DNA from: Aureitalea sp. L0-47
Lineage (GTDB): Bacteria; Bacteroidota; Bacteroidia; Flavobacteriales; Flavobacteriaceae
DNA length: 64,000 nt
Direction of reading: 5' to 3'
Assembly: GCF_026126405.1 (NCBI RefSeq)
Contig: NZ_JAFMTQ010000001.1
Span: forward strand, 194,610 to 258,609
The position numbers and the translations under genes were made by a program. The notes beneath the pieces are model-generated. The model ran no database searches, had not been told where the DNA came from, and saw only the letters and a list, made by a program, of their open reading frames with translations. Shown here piece after piece: positions 58,030 through 64,000 of the stretch (position 1 is its first letter; each line of letters starts with the position of its first letter).

Positions 58030-59406
58030 ATGAACATCACACGGACGATCGAGACTATCTTCAAAAGGTTTCTGCCTTCTCCTTTTGCCATCGCCGTTAT
58101 TCTTTCTGTTCTAACAATTATTCTGGCTCTTTTATTTACTGAGGCACCCGAAGAGGAAAACCATTTCCTGGCAATCCTTTCCTGGTGGGAGAACGGAATA
58201 TGGAACAATGCCCTACTGGTTTTCGCCTACCAAATGATGCTGATCCTTGTTTTGGGTCATATCCTTGTCCTGAGTAAACCGGTGAACTGGCTTATCAAAC
58301 AACTTACCAACCTCGTGAGTTCCACACAGAGTGCTGTACTTCTGGTTAGTAGTACAACCATGCTGGTCTCATTTTTCAACTGGGGACTCGGACTCATATT
58401 CGGAGCGATCATGGCACGAAAGGTAGCCGAAGCAGCCCAGTCTCGCGGTTTCGGTATCAATTATCCCTTGGTTGGCGCTTCCGGTTATGTGGGTTTGATG
58501 ATCTGGCACGGTGGAATGAGTGGTTCTGCCCCATTAAAAGTGGCGGAAAGCGGTCACCTGGCAAGCCTGATGACAGGAATTGGAGATGCGAGCCTAGTGA
58601 GTCAGTTGCCTGATGTTGTATCTTACAGCGAAACCATTTTTAGCGGTTTTAATCTTACACTCTTCGGAATATTGCTCGTGGCGGTACCATTATTCCTTTA
58701 TATTCTTGGGAAAAAAGCCACCATTACAACTACCAACCTGCCTATTTACACCGGGATTGCTTCTGATGATTCCGACGGTAAAGGAGCCGAGCGCATAGAC
58801 CGCTCACCAATTTTCGGAATTGCCTTTGGTATCATAATATTAGTGGCATTCTTCTACCAGTATTTCGATGCCCTGACACAGAATATCATTACCCCGAATA
58901 TGCTCAACTTTTTCATGTTCGGACTGGCGTTGCTGCTTCACGGTAGTTTCAGAAGTTTTTTAAGTGCATTGGAAGAGGCCATCAGGGGAGCAGCCGGAAT
59001 ATTGATTCAGTTTCCGCTTTACTTCGGGATCATGGGAATAATGCGCGATAGCGGGATGATAGTGCAGATATCCGACTTCTTCGTTTCCATAGCCAATGAA
59101 ACCACCCTGCCTTTGTATACCTTCTTCAGTGCAGGCCTGGTGAACATTTTTGTTCCAAGTGGTGGCGGACAATGGGCTGTTCAGGGTCCGGTGGTGATCG
59201 AATCGGCGCTTAAATTGGGTATCCCCTTACCAAAAGCCATTATGGCCTTAGCGTACGGAGACCAGGTGACCAATATGCTTCAACCTTTCTGGGCGCTACC
59301 ATTATTGGGCATTACGAAATTGAAAGCCAAGGAGATATTGCCTTATACTCTATTGGTAATGATACTTGGTAGTGCTGTATTCCTGGCGGGATTGCTGATA
59401 ATTTAA
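58030..59406 (+). CDS. Short-chain fatty acid transporter (AtoE family) membrane protein
   Basis: About 12 TM helices with AtoE-like conserved segments (GGMSGSAPL, FVPSGGGQW). Confidence 0.65.
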   Translation: MNITRTIETIFKRFLPSPFAIAVILSVLTIILALLFTEAPEEENHFLAILSWWENGIWNNALLVFAYQMMLILVLGHILVLSKPVNWLIKQLTNLVSSTQSAVLLVSSTTMLVSFFNWGLGLIFGAIMARKVAEAAQSRGFGINYPLVGASGYVGLMIWHGGMSGSAPLKVAESGHLASLMTGIGDASLVSQLPDVVSYSETIFSGFNLTLFGILLVAVPLFLYILGKKATITTTNLPIYTGIASDDSDGKGAERIDRSPIFGIAFGIIILVAFFYQYFDALTQNIITPNMLNFFMFGLALLLHGSFRSFLSALEEAIRGAAGILIQFPLYFGIMGIMRDSGMIVQISDFFVSIANETTLPLYTFFSAGLVNIFVPSGGGQWAVQGPVVIESALKLGIPLPKAIMALAYGDQVTNMLQPFWALPLLGITKLKAKEILPYTLLVMILGSAVFLAGLLII

Positions 59407-59407
59407 T

Positions 59408-60061
59408 ATGTATTTCCTAACGCAAGAAATATGGTTCCCGGATGTTTCCGAAGCCTCTGATGAAGGACTTCTCGCAGTGGGAGGTGATCTTTCTCCCGAG
59501 CGATTGCAACTTGCCTATAGATCCGGGATATTTCCATGGTACAGTGACGGACAACCTCTACTCTGGTGGAGCCCGGATCCACGAATGGTATTGTTTCCGG
59601 ATAAGTTATACGTTTCTAAATCCCTTCGGAGGACCATTAAAAAAGGTGAGTTCAACGTTACATTTAACACCTATTTTGAGGATGTCATCCGGCACTGTGC
59701 GGCAGTAAAGCGAGAAGATCAGGCCGGCACATGGATCACGAATGAAATGATCGACTCCTATTTAAAGCTCCATGAACGAGGCTGGGCGAAATCGGTTGAG
59801 GTATGGAAAGATGAGCAGCTTGTTGGCGGTTTATACGGGATTGATTTGGAGGATCAGGCAATTTTCTGTGGGGAAAGCATGTTTAGCCTGGAGAGCGATG
59901 CGTCAAAGGTGGCGCTATACCACCTTGTTGAATATCTTAAGGCCAATAAATACAAACTAATTGATTGCCAGATGTATACGGAACATCTTGCCCGTATGGG
60001 TGCTGAAGAAATATCCAGGAAAAAATTTCTTTCCTATCTGCGTGGGACCCCTCCCCATTAA
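59408..60061 (+). CDS. aat: Leucyl/phenylalanyl-tRNA--protein transferase
   Basis: LWWSPDPRMVLFP and GESMFS motifs. Confidence 0.85.
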   Translation: MYFLTQEIWFPDVSEASDEGLLAVGGDLSPERLQLAYRSGIFPWYSDGQPLLWWSPDPRMVLFPDKLYVSKSLRRTIKKGEFNVTFNTYFEDVIRHCAAVKREDQAGTWITNEMIDSYLKLHERGWAKSVEVWKDEQLVGGLYGIDLEDQAIFCGESMFSLESDASKVALYHLVEYLKANKYKLIDCQMYTEHLARMGAEEISRKKFLSYLRGTPPH

Positions 60062-60114
60062 CATAAATGTCTCAAAATAGCCGTATATTCGTGAACCAAA
60101 ATAAAATTGTTGAA

Positions 60115-61857
60115 ATGAAGCGTTATTACCCCCTCTTTTTACTTTCAGTCCTCTTTGGATTGTTTTCTTCACTTTCCTTTGCTCAGGAAACAAACGTGTT
60201 ACCTGCGAATCTCACAGAAGGTGAGCGTTCCATAATTTCAGAATATAATTTTACTGGGAATAGATTTACACCCCCTCCAACGGGACCTGTGAGGGCAGCT
60301 GCTGAATGGGAAGAAGTTGAGTACTTACTCATTACCTGGCAGCCGAATTTTCCGAACATCCTTCGACAAATAGTCGAGGCTGCCATCGAGGAATGTAAAG
60401 TGATCATCACTACAGAGGATGAGACTTCAGTAGCCAATTACCTCCAGTCCAACGGGGTTGATCTTACCAATGTGATCTTTATGGATGAACCCTTCAACAG
60501 TATCTGGATTCGCGATTATGCCGGGAATACCATCTATTCGGATGATGTGGGTGAACGAGCGTTGACAGACTGGATCTATAACCGACCTCGGCCTTTGGAC
60601 AATATAATGCCTTCTGCTCATGCGGCCTTGGTAGGAATGCCTATCTATATTACAGACACGGCACCGAACGACCTTGTGAATACAGGTGGTAATTATATGT
60701 CGGATGGGCACGGGAATGCATTTGCTTCAGAATTGGTTCTAAATGAGAACGCCGCAGGTAACCCTTACGGAGTTACCGCAAAAACTGAAGCGCAGATAGA
60801 CGGCATCATGCAACAGTACATGGGTATCGACACCTATATCAAGATGACTCCACTGCCTTTCGATGTTATCAACCATATCGATATGCACATGAAGCTTCTC
60901 GATGAAGAAACACTATTAGTGAGTAAGTACCCCGAAGGTGTGGCTGACGGACCACAGATCGAACAGAACATTGATTATGTACTTGCTAATTTTCAATCGG
61001 CTTTCGGAACACCTTTTCGTGTGAAGCGAATCGATGCACCACCGAGTTCGGGAGGAGCCTATCCTGATACGGGAGGATACTACCGAAATTATACTAACGC
61101 AATATTTATTAATAAAACCATCTTGATCCCGTTGTACCGACCGGAAGTTGACGGTCCGGCTTTGGCTCAGTGGCAGGAAATGATGCCTGGATACAATATT
61201 GTTGGGATCGATGTAGATAATCCTGGTGAAAACCTTATCGCTCTTGTGGGTGCCATCCACTGTATTACTCATACCATTGGTGTGGCAGATCCGCTTTGGA
61301 TAGTGCATCAACCGGTATACCAGGCAAACATCAATACCAATGTAACCCTGGATGCCACGGTGAAGCATATTTCCGGAGTGAGTGATGTGGATGTATTCTG
61401 GCGCGAGGTGGGCAGTGCCAACTGGATTGAAACAGCCATGACCAATGTTTCAGGCGACAACTGGACCACAGATTTGTCAATTGGAAACGATGATGTTGAA
61501 TATTATATCGAGGCAGAGGCAAATTCCGGTAAAGTGCTTGCACGTCCAATTGTTGCTCCCGATGGTTACTGGACGATCAATACTGAGATCCTGGCCACCA
61601 CTGATCTCGCTGCTAACAATATTTCAGCACCGTTTCCTAATCCAACCGACGGTTCAGTTTCTTTCACTTTGAATAATTTAACAGGACTTATCAATGTCAC
61701 GGTTCACAATATCATGGGTCAGGAATTGATGCGTGAAGAACTTCAGAATGGCAACGGAACCTTTACCTTAGGTCTTAATCCTCAATGGAAGGGAACGCTA
61801 TTTGTAACTTTTGAAGGGGACTTTGGTCGAGCTACGAAAAAAGTGATAAAAATATAA
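60115..61857 (+). CDS. Secreted agmatine-deiminase/Porphyromonas-type peptidylarginine deiminase (PAD) family enzyme with Ig-like domain and T9SS type-A C-terminal sorting domain
   Basis: Signal peptide. WIRDYAGN (WxRD) and the catalytic Cys in GAIHCITHT. C-terminal ~80 aa (FPNPTDGSVSF...VTVHNIMGQEL...KKVIKI) is a T9SS C-terminal sorting domain. Confidence 0.75.
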   Translation: MKRYYPLFLLSVLFGLFSSLSFAQETNVLPANLTEGERSIISEYNFTGNRFTPPPTGPVRAAAEWEEVEYLLITWQPNFPNILRQIVEAAIEECKVIITTEDETSVANYLQSNGVDLTNVIFMDEPFNSIWIRDYAGNTIYSDDVGERALTDWIYNRPRPLDNIMPSAHAALVGMPIYITDTAPNDLVNTGGNYMSDGHGNAFASELVLNENAAGNPYGVTAKTEAQIDGIMQQYMGIDTYIKMTPLPFDVINHIDMHMKLLDEETLLVSKYPEGVADGPQIEQNIDYVLANFQSAFGTPFRVKRIDAPPSSGGAYPDTGGYYRNYTNAIFINKTILIPLYRPEVDGPALAQWQEMMPGYNIVGIDVDNPGENLIALVGAIHCITHTIGVADPLWIVHQPVYQANINTNVTLDATVKHISGVSDVDVFWREVGSANWIETAMTNVSGDNWTTDLSIGNDDVEYYIEAEANSGKVLARPIVAPDGYWTINTEILATTDLAANNISAPFPNPTDGSVSFTLNNLTGLINVTVHNIMGQELMREELQNGNGTFTLGLNPQWKGTLFVTFEGDFGRATKKVIKI

Positions 61858-62032
61858 GCAGGTGTCATTCTGAATTTAATTCAGAATCTGAATCAAGTTC
61901 AGATTGACAAAAAGATGCTTTAGAAACCACATTCTGCATCATCTGAGGATTAGAAAAGGCCCTTAGTCGAAAATATTTGGTTTTTAAGCAGATTATCAGC
62001 ATCTTAGCTAGCGAATTTTCTTACGCCCCGCA

Positions 62033-62378
62033 AATGAACCAAATTTTCATCTGTACTTTCATCTTCCTTCTTGGAGCATCCCTAAATGGGTATGCCCAAT
62101 CATCTACAAACGTCAACAAGGATGTAGACCGAACTGCCGTCTACGAGCAAGTGGTTAAAGAAGGGTATGGTACTCCTACTATATACAAGGAGTTGGGCAA
62201 CGGGCATTATTTCGAAGGGAATTATGCTGAAGCCAAGAAGTGGTTTGAGAAGCTTTTTGAAACTGAAGGCCTGGACGATCCAATGCTGAAATTCAGGTAT
62301 AAGCAAACACTTAAAGCGCTGAAACTGGACCCTGAAGGAAATATTTATCTCAACCCCACCCTAGCAGAATCCAACTAG
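62033..62378 (+). CDS. Small secreted hypothetical protein
   Basis: Signal peptide MNQIFICTFIFLLGASLNGYAQ. Confidence 0.45.
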
Positions 62379-62379
62379 T

Positions 62380-63075
62380 CTACCACTTGTAGATCAATCC
62401 AGTAACTACGAATATTCGCTTATTGTCCGCAGCATAATAATCCTCAATTCTATATTCAGCATCCAACTGTATTTTTACCTTATCCGTGAGCTGGTTCCCT
62501 AAGGCAACTGTGAATCTCTGGTCCCATTCCGGTGCCGATTCCGAAGAAAGGCTTAACAAACTTTCTGTGGAAATTACCAGGTACAATTCTCCCTTATCCA
62601 ATTTGAGTCCGTTCAATGGTAGATCTCCTGAGAAGCGATATCTGGCTCGCCAAATTGTGGAGCTCGCACGAATGCGCTCATCCAATTGCAGCCTGTGAAC
62701 CACTCGGACCGCGTTAAACCTCTTTCCATAACTGTATTGTTGGGATAAACGCAATTCATTCTCAATTTCGCTACTTTCAATAGTATTAAACCGATACATG
62801 ACTCCACCGCTTATCTTGCCATAAAATCCAACAATTGTACCGACGTTTGTAGAAAATTGGAGATGTTTGGATTGATAATCGTATGAAGTATTGGTAAGGC
62901 CTTCGGAAATCTCATTTCGATATGCGGTGCCGAGGTTTAAGGATATCGTTTCGGATAGCTGAGCGTTGACGTCAATTTCATTTTCCCAAAGTAGTGCTGT
63001 ATTATCCTGGGCTTTCAGCAATAGACAATAGAACAAAGCACAAAAAAGGAGGAGTTTAGAAAAGGACAAAGTCAT
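62380..63075 (-). CDS. DUF2490-like outer-membrane beta-barrel protein
   Basis: Signal peptide, alternating beta-strand pattern, C-terminal aromatic residues (YKW). Confidence 0.45.
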   Translation of the reverse strand: MTLSFSKLLLFCALFYCLLLKAQDNTALLWENEIDVNAQLSETISLNLGTAYRNEISEGLTNTSYDYQSKHLQFSTNVGTIVGFYGKISGGVMYRFNTIESSEIENELRLSQQYSYGKRFNAVRVVHRLQLDERIRASSTIWRARYRFSGDLPLNGLKLDKGELYLVISTESLLSLSSESAPEWDQRFTVALGNQLTDKVKIQLDAEYRIEDYYAADNKRIFVVTGLIYKW

Positions 63076-63628
63076 AGGATCTTCTAATTACTCTGCGTTC
63101 TCCTCTGAATGTGCCTTTTGCATCATACTGCAATTCGAAATAGGATATCTTAGCGCCATTTTTGGTTGCAACAATAATCTCATACCCCGTTTGGGAATCC
63201 GGTTTCATTGCGAGGGCGTTTAGCTTGGTCTCCTCAGAATTACCTTTGGAGGTGAATTGTATTTGTGTTTTTTCAATACGCCACTTATTGTAGCGTTTAT
63301 CCAGGTCATTTTGAATGCTTTCTTTTATACCTTGCTGAAGTTTTCTGAATTTCATTGTTACTTCTACGTCTTCCAACAAACCATCTTTCGAAAACTCTAC
63401 GCTGTATCTTCTGTTTTCATGTTTGAATTTTACCTCAAAGCTAACATGTTCTCCATCGCGCTCTTTGTAGAACTGAAGCTTTGTCGCTTCCGAAGGAATA
63501 AGCTGAAGGATCTGTTCCGCAGCATGGGGGAAGTCAGTCCTCTTAGCACTTTTCTCATATTCATTTTTCTCCTGTGCGTATAGGCAGGAACCAACGAAAA
63601 GACAAAAAATGTAGATTGTGATTTTCAT
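63056..63628 (-). CDS. PepSY-like (beta-lactamase-inhibitor-fold) secreted/lipoprotein, hypothetical
   Basis: Signal peptide ending LFVGSCLYAQ. Charged two-repeat architecture. Confidence 0.4.
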   Translation of the reverse strand: MKITIYIFCLFVGSCLYAQEKNEYEKSAKRTDFPHAAEQILQLIPSEATKLQFYKERDGEHVSFEVKFKHENRRYSVEFSKDGLLEDVEVTMKFRKLQQGIKESIQNDLDKRYNKWRIEKTQIQFTSKGNSEETKLNALAMKPDSQTGYEIIVATKNGAKISYFELQYDAKGTFRGERRVIRRSYDFVLF

Positions 63629-63634
63629 AGATAA

Positions 63635-64000
63635 CTATTGTCCTACTTCATGATAACGAAAGCAATCAACTATGTGGTCATTCACCATACCGGTGGCCTG
63701 CATGTGGGCATAAACCACCGTGGTTCCAACAAACTTAAAACCACGTTTCTTTAGGTCCTTGCTAATGGTATCGCTAAGTAATGTATTTGCCGGAAGGTCC
63801 GTCATTTTCTCAAATGTATTAATAATGGGCTTTCCATCCACAAAATCCCAGATATACTTGCTGAAACTTCCGAATTCATTCTGAATTTTCATAAAAGCTA
63901 TAGCATTGGTCACAGTTGCTTTCACCTTTAATTTATTCCGAATAATACCGGTATCCTGAAGTAAGGTGTCGATTTTCTCCTGGTCGTAGTTTGCGATTTT
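63635..64000 (-). CDS. tag: DNA-3-methyladenine glycosylase I (partial; N-terminus beyond window end)
   Basis: KYIWDFVDGKPI...LSDTISKDLKKRGFKFVG...VYAHMQATGMVNDH...C..YHE is the Tag signature, including the Zn-binding C/H residues. Confidence 0.8.
   Translation of the reverse strand, partial: KIANYDQEKIDTLLQDTGIIRNKLKVKATVTNAIAFMKIQNEFGSFSKYIWDFVDGKPIINTFEKMTDLPANTLLSDTISKDLKKRGFKFVGTTVVYAHMQATGMVNDHIVDCFRYHEVGQ

Overview
This 64 kb window is a chromosomal segment of a Flavobacteriia-class (phylum Bacteroidota) bacterium, mostly housekeeping and envelope genes. Evidence for the lineage: the ssb-gldE-gldD gliding-motility arrangement; a cargo protein with a type IX secretion (T9SS) C-terminal sorting domain; SusC-like TonB-dependent receptors with carboxypeptidase-regulatory N-domains; Bacteroidetes-type promoter motifs (-33 TTTG / -7 TAnnTTTG); a Bacteroidetes-specific insertion in the ATP synthase beta subunit. 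Recognisable blocks: panC-panD; a truncated glycogen-synthase-like gene followed by a DUF4270 lipoprotein gene and glmS; a TonB-dependent receptor paired with an SGNH lipoprotein; atpD-atpC; a GNAT acetyltransferase-arsR-acr3 arsenic module; a split biotin cluster (bioF-bioD-bioA ... bioB); recX, an RNase E/G gene, an HU gene, mutY, ssb-gldE-gldD; rplU-rpmA; ahcY; a PnuC-type transporter cassette; a TPP riboswitch in front of a second TonB-dependent receptor; greA and HIT-family genes, an orphan histidine kinase, aat, a T9SS-secreted deiminase, and a partial tag gene. No tRNA, rRNA, CRISPR array, transposase or integrase is visible. The most unusual content is at the left end (332-7439): two tandem, paralogous, ~1,100-aa secreted proteins made of degenerate 12/12/14-residue beta-helix-like repeats, flanked by conserved N- and C-terminal modules that end in a coiled coil. 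They are translationally coupled to a small secreted protein. This looks like a fibre or adhesin family I cannot assign to a named domain. Other points worth follow-up: a biotin operon interrupted by a ketoacyl-synthase-like gene with a TTG start and an NfeD-flotillin pair; a PnuC-type transporter, NadR-kinase-only protein and DUF4301 cassette; a DUF3127 protein carrying an SSB-like DDLPF tail; an L21 with a lysine/alanine/proline-rich plus helix-hairpin-helix extension; and a GNAT gene positioned like ArsN in the ars module.
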